Assembly (NCBI GenBank): GCA_040285825.1
Contig: JAUPSS010000004.1
Span: 1,778,550 to 1,842,549 of the forward strand
Source: Eukaryota sp. TZLM1-RC
Lineage: Eukaryota > Protista > Metamonada: BaSk clade
DNA: 64,000 nt
Reading direction: 5' to 3'
Shown: one piece after another, positions 13,522 to 25,483 of the stretch
Numbering within the stretch: the first letter of the stretch is position 1
Layout of the letters: each line of letters begins with the position of its first letter
Translations under genes and position numbers: made by a program
Notes under the pieces: model-generated
What the model was told of the DNA's origin: nothing
The model's input: the letters and a program-made list of their open reading frames with translations, nothing else
Database searches by the model: none

Positions 13522-14069
13522 TTTAATAAATTAGTTTTAAATATTGAGATTAGACAAAAGCTCTTTGAGCATGACAAAATCACTTGTGTTGGAGGAGTCA
13601 AAGGGTTACTAGAAGACTCTTTTCGAATACGTCTCCGTATAATAGCAAAAAATGCTTCAACTGGATTGGATTCTGTTGCGTTCGGCCGTAAAATCATATA
13701 TTTGAGACCTGGTTTTTTGTACCACATTCAAAATAAGAAGATTTGTGAATACCACAACCATCCATAATAAGCACTGATCTAGGACCAAAAAACCCGTGGA
13801 TTACACCGGAAGAAATAGGATCCTTCCAGAAACCAATGAATTGGATTCGAGTACAATGTACTTCTTTCAATTGCCCAGCAACGTACATAAATCGGTTGAT
13901 AGCCAGTACTATAGAGACTTGTGGTAAAATTGATTTTATTCCTTTGATTAACGCAATTTTTCCAGTGGGGGACCAAATATATTCAGTGTAAAAGTGCTTT
14001 CTGTTAAAAAAGAGTTCATTAATGAACAGTAACTGAGGATGAACTACAGGTACCAATGTTGAGAAGAAG

Positions 14070-16538
14070 TTCTGAGTCAGAGGTCTGGAGATTAGAGGAC
14101 TAAACAATCGAAACATTTGATCAAAGGTCCAATTAATACAGAGTCTTATGATTATTTTGCCTTACCTCGAAATGTTAAAATAAAGAACGAGATAGGGTGA
14201 AGGAGATAAAGTTGATGTATTTTACCCTATTTCTATTTAAGGCTAAAGGTGCCACTACTGCTTCTCCACTTTTTAAAATTAATTAACATTAAACTGATCA
14301 ACTAGTAACTATATTATAAATATACAAAATACTATAAACTAAATGCAAATGTTTACCATTGGTAAAAATCTTAAAACGAAATAATTTGTACTCGTTACTT
14401 CTTTTTGGTCTATTTTGGGAGGGAGAGGATACCAAGTCCGTTCTCGTAACCTCTATTCTATTATACCAATTATACCATAAATTCCCCAAATTTTACACTT
14501 TTTTGTTTCTGCCTTGATAAACTTTGTGAAATCATACAAAACGCCCATAAGACTTGCTTGATTAGAGGATGTACAATCCCCACGTGCACCATAACAGATT
14601 TTCCCATTTCACCTTCTTGTGTGATGGTCGAAGATGTACAACCTCTACGTGCACCACAACTTGTCGAACCTTGTTCTGTGAAATTTTTTTCATTTGTTCA
14701 AAAAGACAATTGGGTGAAATCAACTGTGCATTTTTCTTATGCTGCATTCAAAGGCACACACAAGTTCTTTTTTGATGATGAAGTTGATAGCTTTGTTCAA
14801 AAAGAAAAATCTTACAGCTTTTTTGAGCAAAACTACTTTAAGCTTCCTATCAAATCTTATGTTAGTGACGCTTGTTTGGAGAATATTGAATTCTAGATGG
14901 GTTTTTTTATCTCAATAAATATTCAAGTTAAAAAAATCAAATCTTATTTTATCACCTCAGCGAAATTATGAAACGTCAAATTGTATGAAATTGATGGGAA
15001 GCCTTTGTTAATGATAAGAAACACAGGAACAGTATCGAAAAACTGTCTTTATTTTACTGACTCTGTCATAGTTGCTTATAAATAAGGTTAGTAGATATCT
15101 CAGAATTTCACGTGATTACGTGGCACTCGTTGTTGAACGGGTCTCTTTACTAATCAACTCGCTCTTTTCTCTATTTACTTCTTTGGTATTTCTGCCTAAC
15201 GGCACCAACTCTGAAATTTAAAGGTGGTTTAAGAAAGGACTCAAAGTTTGTTTTTGAATTTCTGTTGATTTAACCAAAGATGAATACGATCTTCAAATAC
15301 AAAAAAGGAAGCTAGGCATACTTCAATTGATGCATCCTGAATTGATCCTGTCAACTCAAGGATGAATAAAACTCAAGTTGCTTTTTGAGACAAACCAAAT
15401 CAACGATTTTACTATTGTACCACCCAATATTTTGAAAGAAGTACAAGTTGTTAAAAAAATTCGTATCTCCATTTGTGTGATGTTGATGAAAAAGAAGAAC
15501 AAAAACTGCAATATATACAAAAACAACAAAACGAGTACGGAAAAACGCTAGAAATCTTTGTTAGGCCTCTAAGAATACAAAGAGATACCAAAAACGGAAA
15601 TTTTATCATGTCTCTATTACCATCATCTCCTGGACCAACAGCATCAAATGCAGAAGCTGAAGGGCCAATTCAATGTTGCGACCAATCTGGAAAACTCACA
15701 TAATTTTGAATATTTAATAAATTTTTTTTTAAAAAAATTTTAATTTTATTCAAAACCTATAAATCAACATCTAAAAAATCCATCTCTCCCAAAACAAAAA
15801 CACTAGATGCAACTCTCTCATAGTAAGATCCAAGAGAAAGCAAAGCATCAGAAACCATCTTCAACTTCCCCTTAAAAATAGAATACACAATTCTATTTTG
15901 CCAAAACAATCTGTTGAAATTTCTGCCAGTTCTTCTCTTTACAATCATTTCAAAATCTTCCAAAAAACGTAAAGCAGTTGGTGCAAGTTTTAATAAATTA
16001 GTTTTAAATATTGAGATTAGACAAAAGCTCTTTGAGCATGACAAAATCACTTGTGTTGGAGGAGTCAAAGGGTTACTAGAAGACTCTTTTCGAATACGTC
16101 TTCGTATAATAGCAAAAAATGCTTCAACTGGATTGGATTCTGTTGCGTTCGGCCGTAAAATCATATATTTGAGACCTGGTTTTTTGTACCACATTCAAAA
16201 TAAGAAGATTTGTGAATACCACAACCATCCATAATAAGCACTGATCTAGGACCAAAAAACCCGTGGATTACACCGGAAGAAATAGGATCCTTCCAGAAAC
16301 CAATGAATTGGATTCGAGTACAATGTACTTCTTTCAATTGCCCAGCAACGTACATAAATCGGTTGATAGCCAGTACTATAGAGACTTGTGGTAAAATTGA
16401 TTTTATTCCTTTGATTAACGCAATTTTTCCAGTGGGGGACCAAATATATTCAGTGTAAAAGTGCTTTCTGTTAAAAAAGAGTTCATTAATGAACAGTAAC
16501 TGAGGATGAACTACAGGTACCAATGTTGAGAAGAAGTT
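14070..16538. repeat. Tandem segmental duplication copy 2; holds the empty (pre-insertion) site of LTR element A1
   Basis: GCACCACAAC-TTGTCGAACC is uninterrupted at 14651-14670; TT microhomology at the junction. Confidence 0.95.
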
Positions 16539-16990
16539 TAAAAAAACTTAATTTTTAGACTTGCCTTGCATTTAGATACGACTAAACCAGCAGCAACCTT
16601 GTTACTAAATCCCTCATTTTGAAAATTTTTTAGATTGTACTTTCAGAAACTTTCTTCCCAAAAATCCTTTGGGTTAGAGTCTTTATTTGGTACAAGAAAA
16701 GATCTGAGTTTTCATCAATAGTGGACAAAAAGGTGAATATTTCTGGTGACGTCAACAACTTGGCCCTAGCTCGTCGATACGCACCTCATTGTGAAGGGTC
16801 CAACGATTGTTGTAACCATTGAAAAATTGAAGCTTAAGGAACGCTGACTTGGTTGGCTATTTGTTCTGTGACTGTGATTGATAGTAAAACGCTGCACAAG
16901 TAGAGGCTCTTATATCCTCGGAACAGTGCAGATTAAGTGATAAAAGGTCCTAAGCAGATTTCAAAGTAGACAAAATGCGATAAGTTAAAG
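15998..16990 (-). pseudogene. IS630/Tc1-mariner transposase pseudogene (C-terminal half also at 13531-14069)
   Basis: HTH-like SEDIR...EQIANQVSVP*ASIFQWL, RAKLL...IDENSDLFL, and catalytic VLIMDGCGIHKS...ILRPNATESNPVEAFF (cf. MDNA..H...PPYSPDLNPIE), with frameshifts; TIRs not identified. Confidence 0.75.
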
Positions 16991-17089
16991 GCATTACGTT
17001 TGGGGGAATGTTTTGGGGAAAACTGAAATTGGGATATTATTCAACATTAAAAAATCTGCATAACGTGTAGTGGAAAAATAAATCAACAA

Positions 17090-17610
17090 TTCTGACAAGT
17101 ATTTCAACAAAGCTTTATAAATACTGCACCGATGAAATGAATTTTAAACAGTAATGAAAATCAACAGTATGCATACATTCGACACATTTTGATGAAGTAA
17201 TACACCAGTAGCATAAACTACTGATGCAACTCCATTAGTAGTATTAATTCCAAATAAGGAATGGTAACAGAGTTGTCTTTGCTCCTGCTCTAAATGTATT
17301 TAAACGATATACTGAACCGATAATGTGTAAACTTTCAGAGACTGCAATTTGACAAACATCTATTATTAAATTTTTCACAAGTAATGTTGATTTCGAACAT
17401 CTCAATTCTTCAGGGTATTTAAACCGGGCCAATAAATGTCTACCCAATAATTTTGTCAATGGAATTGAACAATCTTTCAAAGATTACTTTGGCCTTGATA
17501 TGATCTATAGAAGGACGAGAAAGTCCAAAAAACTTTCCACGTGGTCTTCTTTAATAACACAAAATACTTCTGATGCCATCAATGGATAATTCTTCCACAA
17601 CAATTTTGTA
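17090..17610 (-). mobile_element. Degraded CRE family 2-related RT N-terminal fragment
   Basis: Similar to 18300-18659 (inverted) and to 57980-58050 (NYPLMASE...RGK). Confidence 0.6.
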
Positions 17611-17639
17611 AAATTGAATTAAAAAAATGAGATGAAAAG

Positions 17640-18010
17640 GGAGAAGTGTATCTTTTTTGTATAATATCTTTAAAACTTATAAATCAAAATCTAAATAATC
17701 CATCTCTACCGAAACAAAAAAACCTAGGTGCAACTCTCTCCTAATGAGATCCAAGAGAAAACAAAGAATCAGAAACCCTGTTGAACATCCCCTTAAAAAT
17801 AGAAAACACAATTCTATTCTTCCAAAACAATCTGTTGAAATTTCTCTTGGTTCTTCTCTTTACAATCATTTCAAAATCTGCCAAAAAACGCATATCCGTG
17901 GGAGCAAGTGAACCAAATGAAGTAAATAGAAACGGAGACAAATTGTATTTTGCCTGCTGATGGGTTTGGACAGAGGTTCATTGTATTTTTTGATTTTGAG
18001 ATTTTCAGCA
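17640..18010 (-). mobile_element. Diverged CRE family 1 3' fragment
   Basis: PFLFTSFGSLAPTDMRFLADFEMIVKRRTKRNFNRLFWKNRIVFSIFKG matches the C-terminus of 20776-21618. Confidence 0.75.
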
Positions 18011-18299
18011 CTTCAAAGGATTATGAATTACGTAATTAGCAAAGTGTATTTCCTGTTTGAAAAGCATCAGTCTCTAACCTTTTTGCATCATTAATACATT
18101 AATCCTTATCCTTTGCGAGGAATCGATCAAAAAATGTTCTTTTGTTCAACTGATCAAATCTCTTTTTTGTGAAGTAAACTGATTCAGTTTTTCTCAACAA
18201 CAATCTCAATTTTTCTTGCCACACTTGCCCTAGTTCATTAAAGGTTGAAATGGGTATCACGGGAATATTATTATCAGTATTATGACGGAAATAAGTAAT

Positions 18300-21200
18300 C
18301 AAAAAAATGCGTGGAAAGTCTACAGGTCTTTTTATAGATCATATCAAAGCTGTGGTAATTTCGTTAGAAGATTGTTTAATTTTATTAACAACATTCATTT
18401 TTTAATGAGTTTTACCTAGCCAGCTCAAATATCCTGAAGAATTGAGATGTGTACGTTTTACTGCACTTGTGAAAACTCAAAAATGGATGTTCGTCCAATT
18501 GCAGTTTCTGAAAGTTTGCACAATATTGTTCAGCTTGGTGTTTAAACAGATTCAAAGAAAAAGCAAAAAATAATTGTAACCGTTTCAATACGGAATAAAT
18601 ACCACTGATGGGGTTGTTTTAGCAATGTTTGTTACAGATGTTTCATTTCATCAAGATGATTTTTTTTTCTCCCTCCCTTAGTCAACCCTCTCATATTTCA
18701 CTTTCTGTCACGGCGTTGAAATCGTACTTCTTATTTGCCAATAACGATGCCATTGGCTGATAGTGACTCTGATACTGATTGGAACGCCCAAGCAAAGATT
18801 TTACCAGTCGGAACAAGCTCATCTCCTTCACTCAACCACTCTCCCCACAATACAAGCTATGCTCGAAATTTTTTTCGAAAAAATTTCAATTCAAAAACTG
18901 ATCATTGTACCAGAAAAAACACACAAAAACCACCATTACGTTACTTACGTTCTTTTACGCGCTCTATGAACGACTCCGTTTCTCGAAATTTGTTTTCTCC
19001 TGCTAAAATTGGAAAAAGCCTTAAATCTACCACTGACAACAATTATGGCTTAAATAACAGAATTCATCATGGCTCGCATGTTGTTTTTCGTTCTTCTATT
19101 CAAACAAAAGAGTTAGTTGCTGAATATTCGCAAGAACAAAAAGAAAAAATAGTTGCTTTAAATATTGGATTACAATCAAAAAGTGTGAAAGGTTCTAAAA
19201 AATGTTCGATTTGTGGTATCAGTGGTCATAATTCGAGAACATGCCCTGAAAAACAAAAAAGAGAAATTGAATTAAAATCTGCTCAACAAATTCTCGAATG
19301 TTCTGTTCCAGCTGATGCCGTTGTGAAAGGTGCTGAAAATAATGTTTCTGACGATCAACATTTGAATGTTTCTAGTGCTCACTCTTCTTCCCCTTCTGAA
19401 CACAATAATTTTTGTTGTCCATTTTGCAAAAAAGATGTTACAGATTCAAGAAATGGTCGAAAACTTCTGTTTTGTACCAATTGTAAAGCTGCTGATACCA
19501 TAAGACCCCCGATCCAGATCCCAGTAGAAATTAGCCCCGCCAGTACAATTCCCTTCTCAATGGAAATGAGAAATTTTACTTCTGAATTGAAAAATAATAA
19601 GTGGAATATTTCATCCTTCTGGAAATATTTTGCTCGAAAAAACAAAAATTGTTTTAAAAAAAATTTGGAAATAGAAAAATTCTAAAATCAAAAATTTGCC
19701 GAAAATTGTGCTTACGTAATCGTTATGGTGCCGCAAAGCAGTCCTTGTTTTCTTCTACTTTGGCTGATGCAAACTCTGATACCCTTGAAAAACTTCAAAA
19801 GTTGCATCCTCAAGAAAATTTCAAGTGCAGCAAGCCTGAAGTGTATCCTTTTTGGATTGAAAATCCTATTACTGCAATTGAAGTTTTTAATGCTATTCAA
19901 AAATTACCAAAGGGGAAAGCAGCAGGCCCATCTGGAATTTCTCTTGATCTCTTAAAAATAGCGTGTTCCAGTGCTCCCGAAATTGCTGATGATCTAGCCC
20001 ATTATTATCAACAATTAATTGTTTTGAAAATTAATCCTCCATTTGAATTACTCGCTGCACGTCTGCTTGCTTTAGTAAAGCCTGGAAATGGAATTAAACC
20101 TGATGGAATACGCCCAATTGCTGTTGGTGAATCTCTTTCTCGTTTACTGGCATCAATTGTCTTCGATCGTGTCAAAGACAAAGCTTCTGCATTTTTGAAT
20201 CCTCATCAATTTGGAATCAAAACAATTGATGGTGCTTCTGTTGCTGCTATTGCCTCTGATACCTTTTTTAATGCAGAGGAAAATAATTTTATTTTTAATC
20301 TTGACTTTAAAAATGCTTTTAATTCTGTAAAGCGAGAAGCAATTTTTGAAGTAATTAAATCTGATTTTCCTGAGCTATCAAGTTTTTTCTACAATTTTTA
20401 GGGGGAAAATCAGATTTAATTTATAATTCATTTGGTCTTAAATCATCTTCTGGTCTGAAGCAAGGTGATCCTTTAGGCCCATTATTGTTTTGTTTAGCTA
20501 TTCACAAAACTTTAAATATCATTAAGCAAAAATACCCTTCTATAAAAATAGTTGCTTATATGGATGATATATCCTTGATTGGTTCATTTAATTTACTAGA
20601 ATTGGTTGCTCAAGAAATTGCCGATTCATATGAAAATATTGGCCTTTATCTTAATGCGAGCAAATGTCTTCTGATTGGCTCTTCTGTTCAAGATCTTGTG
20701 ATAAACGATTCTATTGTCCCTTTTACTAATTATAGTAGTGATGCTTTTAAGTTCCTTGGTTGTTGGTGAGGAAACGTGCCTCAAATTCAGAATGAATTGC
20801 AAGTTATTTTGGACAAAATGAAAATTGAACTTGATTCAATTTCTTCTTTAGTAACAACAATTCCCCAAGTTTATGGTAATATCTTAACTGATTCTGCTTG
20901 GACTCTGAATATGAGATTTCGTTCCTTTATCTGGCCTGATAATTTACCTCATAATTTAATTTGTAAATGTTCTCGAGAAATTACAACTACTCATTTGTTA
21001 AATTGTAAACATTTTATTACTTTTAGAAGCAAGGTTCATGATGCTGTAAGAGACCAGTTATATTGTATGTGTAAATCTCATAGAATTGAATCCTTCTTGG
21101 AACCTCTATTGTCAAATCTGTTTGATGCTGAAGATGATTTTCATAAGAATAATAGAGGTGATGTTATATTACCTGGATTAGATGGAAGTTTCATTTTATT

Positions 21201-23750
21201 GGATGTAATGTCTGTTGATCCTTGTAATGCCTCAAATGAAAGGCTAGTTAATTCTGAAATTCATAATCCCCTTTCAAATGCTGAAAATTTCAAATTCAAA
21301 AAATACAATGAACCTTTGTCCAAATTGGCCAGTCTACAGCATGCAAAATACAATTTGTATCCATTTGTATTTTCCCTTTTTGGTTCACTTGCACCAACTG
21401 CTTTACGTTTTTTGGATGATTTTGAAATGATTGTAAAGAGAAGAACTGGCAGAAATTTCAACAGTTTGTTTTGGCAAAACAGAATTGTGTTTTCTATTTT
21501 TAAGGGGATGTTGAAGATGGTTTCTGATGCTTTGCTTTCTCTTGGATCTCACTATGAGAGAGTTGCATCTAGTGTTTTTGTTCTGGGAGAGATGGATTTT
21601 TTAGATGTTGATTTATAGGTTTTGAATAAAATTAAAATTTTGGTGAAAAAAAAAAGATGAATCAAATGTATGTATGTTGTTGGATTTTAGCAATGCATTT
21701 AATTCAAATCATCGGTGCAATATTGATTTTTCTTTGTTGAACTACTTGCCAGAATTGTTGCCTCATTTTCAAACATATTGCACAAATTCTGATTTGTATT
21801 TACTGATTTTATTTTGGAATCATCTAGTTGTAAAGCGAAGAGATCCTTCAGAAAATCTTTTGTTTTTTTTGACCATTCATCCAATTTTATTGCGAATTCA
21901 AGTATTTTTTCCTTCCTTAAAAATAATTGCTTATATCGACGATGTTGTTCTTATAGGTGACTTGATGATTGTCAGAGAAGCAACTTTATGTTTTGAAGAA
22001 TTATTCAACAAAATTGGCCTTCGACTTAACTTACTTAAATGTACCTTACTTTCAAATTCCTCAGCTTTAACGACAGCTGATGGTATTAAAATTCAAACCA
22101 AGTTATATTCAACTGATGCTATTCCTCATTTTGGCCTTATTTTTAGGAAATATTGATGAAATAACCAAAGAAACTAATTGATTCAATTTACGAACTTCAC
22201 AAAGTAAACTCATAACTATTGGAAAGAAATTCATCGAACCAAGGTTTCTTCTACAAAATCTTGAAAAGCCAAAGAATTGTTTGATAAATTGAAATTGATT
22301 TGCGAAAACAATTGACCAAATGATTAAATTGGTTGTACAGAAACATATCATATTTATCAATAACAGACTATGTTTCATTTACAACTTCAATCATATATAT
22401 CGATATGCAGATTCACTTATCGTTAGGTCATTGACTCCAGAAGTTCAAAGAATTATGTGCAAAAGTGTTGTCCCAATTACTAGGATGTAAAATGTCCCAA
22501 ATTCCTGATCATGCTTTTCTTAGTCCACATTGTGGTGGTTTAGGTTGGACAAAAGCCTCAATTCTTACTTCATGTGCTTTTATTGGTGGATGCAGAAACG
22601 CTGTATCTGAGTTTTCTGAAAGTTTTGCTGATTGAAAGGATTTATTAGTGACACCGCAAAGTTCATTTGTTACTACTTTAAATGAGGAAATTTCCAGAAT
22701 TGATGCAGAACAATGGAATCGATGCTTTGACCAACCATTCAATGGCAATATCCCTGGAAAGAATTATTTATATTCAAAATACACTCTTCAAACGTTAAAA
22801 AACGACTGACTAGAATGTATGAATATGATCTTCATAAAATATATGTAGCTCGGTTGTTTTAAATCAAGATCGTCACTCATTGTTATTGGAAAGTGGTGTC
22901 TGTGAGAATAAGTCATCAGATTCTTCACTTTTTGTAACCATTGTACCACGAAGATTTGGATTGTGTGCCACTTATGAAGCATTTGTAACAAAAATGAGAT
23001 TATATTTGAATATTCCCATTAATCAATTATTATAAAAAGAAAAATGTATTTGTTCGAATTCACCACAGCTCACTTTCCCTCATGCTCTGAATTGTTCGAA
23101 ATTGATAACTTATCGTTCTTCATTACATGATGCAGTTAGAGACATTGTTTTTGATAGGGCACAAACTGCAAGAATCTCGTGTATCAAAGAACCTCTGCTG
23201 AAGGAAATATTTTCTCTGAATAATTTTGGTTCTGATGATAGAGGTGATTTATACGGTAATTGGATTAATAACTCTGAAGCTATTGTTGATTTTGTCTCAT
23301 GTATTGTTGCAAATGACATTTTGGTTCACATAAGAATACTTAATCCTGTAGATGCTCTCGAATTTAAAGCTAAAGAAAAACATAGAAAATATGACAAAGA
23401 TATCGAAGAACCTAATGCTGATAGAAATAAACCACTTGTTTTTATTGTTTTCCCGTTGTCTATAAATGGAAGACTTTCAGTAGAAGCAAGACCTTTTTTA
23501 ATCATTTCCAAAAAATGGTTCAAGAAGAACAATGAAAAGATTTGATTTCTCTTTTAGGCGCTCTCGAATTCAAAATGCCATTATTAATAGACTACCTCGG
23601 TTTTTCAATCGAATTAGAGAAACTTGAGCTAGACAGCAAGCAGATCAAGATTTTGTAGAGGAAATCTTGGTTCAATGAATTTCGTCCCATTAGTTATGAG
23701 TTTATTTTGTCAAGTGTGTAAGTTCAAGAAAGATAAAGAACTGACGAAAA
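18300..23750 (+). mobile_element. CRE family 2 element (RT to RLE) split by a nested family 1 insertion
   Basis: Joining 18659 to 21661 restores TDVSFHQDESNVCMLLDFSNAFNS; downstream YIDDVVL, HCGGLG, RSSLHDAVRD, DRGD, KHRKYDK; many stops and frameshifts. Confidence 0.85.
18660..21653 (+). mobile_element. Near full-length CRE-clade non-LTR retrotransposon family 1 (Zn knuckle, Zn finger, RT, RLE), internally deleted pseudogene
   Basis: CSICGISGHNSRTC; CPFC..CTNC; KAAGPSG, RPIAVGE, LDFKNAFNS, QGDPLGP, YMDD, FKFLG; CKC..HLLNC, HDAVRD, RGDV..LLDV..KFKKY; poly(A) at 21646-21655; 7-bp TSD AAGATGA (18653-18659, 21654-21660). Confidence 0.9.
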
Positions 23751-23790
23751 ACTCATTTAAGTAAATTTCTTTATTCATGTCTCAAATGAC

Positions 23791-24180
23791 TTACATCTTT
23801 TTGGAGCTACTATATTCTCGTCTTTGCTCAACCTCAGATGAAGATATGTCTTCCTTGCTATGACATACTCTTTCCATGGGTTGACGCACGACTTTCTCTC
23901 TACCAACAGGTTCCATTACGATACGCTCTTCCTCCATGCAAGGGCCAGTAGATTCTGTCTCTGTCCATCTACCAACTTCTATATCACGACAGATTTGACT
24001 TCTTGTACGTGGAACAGACCTGACTGGTTCACAGACCTGTTGCTGTCTTTCAGGCTGGCAAACCGTTGATTGGGATTCAATAGGAACTACCTTGTGTTCG
24101 TAGTGTTCCTTGGATTGGGAAGCGAGATCAGCTCTGATTTGAGAGGCAGTCCTAGGTTGGCGTTGTTGTTGCGATGACAT
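23791..24180 (-). CDS. Small charged/Cys-containing protein of unknown function; paralog of 519-857
   Basis: 129-aa ATG ORF; internal repeat PRTASQI/PRTRSQI; C-terminal half aligns with 519-857. Confidence 0.7.
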   Translation of the reverse strand: MSSQQQRQPRTASQIRADLASQSKEHYEHKVVPIESQSTVCQPERQQQVCEPVRSVPRTRSQICRDIEVGRWTETESTGPCMEEERIVMEPVGREKVVRQPMERVCHSKEDISSSEVEQRREYSSSKKM

Positions 24181-24434
24181 TGAAGATTGTTGTACATTTA
24201 TTAGTTTTTCTGCCTTTAAAGTTTTTAAGATTTCTTTGCGAACTTGTTGTTTGAAGATACCCAGCAGTTTGCATCATGTACATTCAATAAAATCAATCAA
24301 ATTTTGTACCACTGGCGGTCACCCTCTGGATATGATTTCCGCATCCAACTTCCACAATTGACTAAAAGTCACAAAAGTTATTCCGCAGTCAGCAGTCGTT
24401 TTTTCTATACGAAGTTTAAAATATTTTGCTGTAC

Positions 24435-24570
24435 TGATGCTTTATCCATATATGATAACAAAGAATAAGGAATAATTTATTAGAATTTCACTGGCCCTTA
24501 TAAAGGCCATCACTAGTGAACTATGTTATATAAATATAAATGTACTAGACTAATTGTCCACAGTACAACA
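24435..24570 (-). repeat. 3' LTR of B
   Basis: TGTTGTACTG...AAAGCATCA on the minus strand; the integrase stop codon abuts it. Confidence 0.93.
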
Positions 24571-25483
24571 CTACCTTTTCCCTCTCTTAGATCTCGAACG
24601 AGAGCTACGAGTACTGACTGCAGGGGAATTAGTCTTAGATTTGGAATTATAAGATACTTTCCGTTTCCTGGTAGTGTGAGGACTAATAGAGCGCAAATAT
24701 GTTTGATATGCCTCAGTGCTTTTGACGTCAGCAACTGGGACAGACGAAGTCTCGCCGCCATACCAAACTGCGGTACAATAAGGAACTTTATTATTGTTCG
24801 AATCTACGTAATCAAAGTGATCTATAATTTTAACGATTACAGATTCTTCCATATCGCCAGCAGCAATATTCTTATGCCAATCAAGATCTTCTTTAGGGAA
24901 GTCTGAAAGGTATAGTTTACAATGATTTATACTTGCCGTAGACATCGAACCAGTGACAAGATTCTTGAGTAATAAACTTTTATTGGATTTAACTTCTTCA
25001 ACGAGAAAAGGGCCAGCGAAGCAACCATGGAGTTTACCATTAGTCTTTAATCGCAAAACTAAGTCACCTTTATTAAAAGGGTTCCTATGTTTGTTAACTT
25101 CAGGCAGTTGTTGAGCTTGCCTGAGCTCTGCCTCTTCTCTCTTCTTTGAAATCCTTTCAAGTTTTGCTTCAAGATCTTTAACAAAGGGAATATTAACATT
25201 AGCTGATTTTATTAATTCAAACATATTACTAGGATCAGCTCTAGGGCTGTGGTCGCTACCAAACATTAAATTGTAGGGCGAATGACCAGTAATTCTACTA
25301 ATAGTTGAATTGATTTGAAGTTGTACAATTGGGATATATTCACTCCAATTGCTATAATCGCCAGAGTCCACCAAAATCTTTCTTAGACTTTGTAAAATGT
25401 CTCTGTGTCGTCTTTCTACTAAACCATTGCTTTGTGAAAAGCTAGTTAGTGAGCGACTTACATCAATGTTTAATAAATCGCAT

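Larger units (their letters stand above)
4251..14069. repeat. Tandem segmental duplication copy 1 (2467-bp unit) interrupted by LTR element A1
   Basis: 4251-4841 plus 12192-14069 match 14070-16536 almost exactly; paired ORFs 13290/15757 and 13447/15914 are offset by 2467. Confidence 0.95.

Noticed and set aside
13290-13727. 145-aa Tc1-RLE fusion protein
   Set aside because: A chance in-frame junction between a Tc1 remnant and a 5'-truncated CRE insertion bounded by a TSD.
3700-21680. Two family 2 CRE copies sharing one 5' truncation point (non-autonomous subfamily)
   Set aside because: The plus-strand copy is not truncated there; it continues at 18300-18659 on the other side of the nested family 1 insertion.
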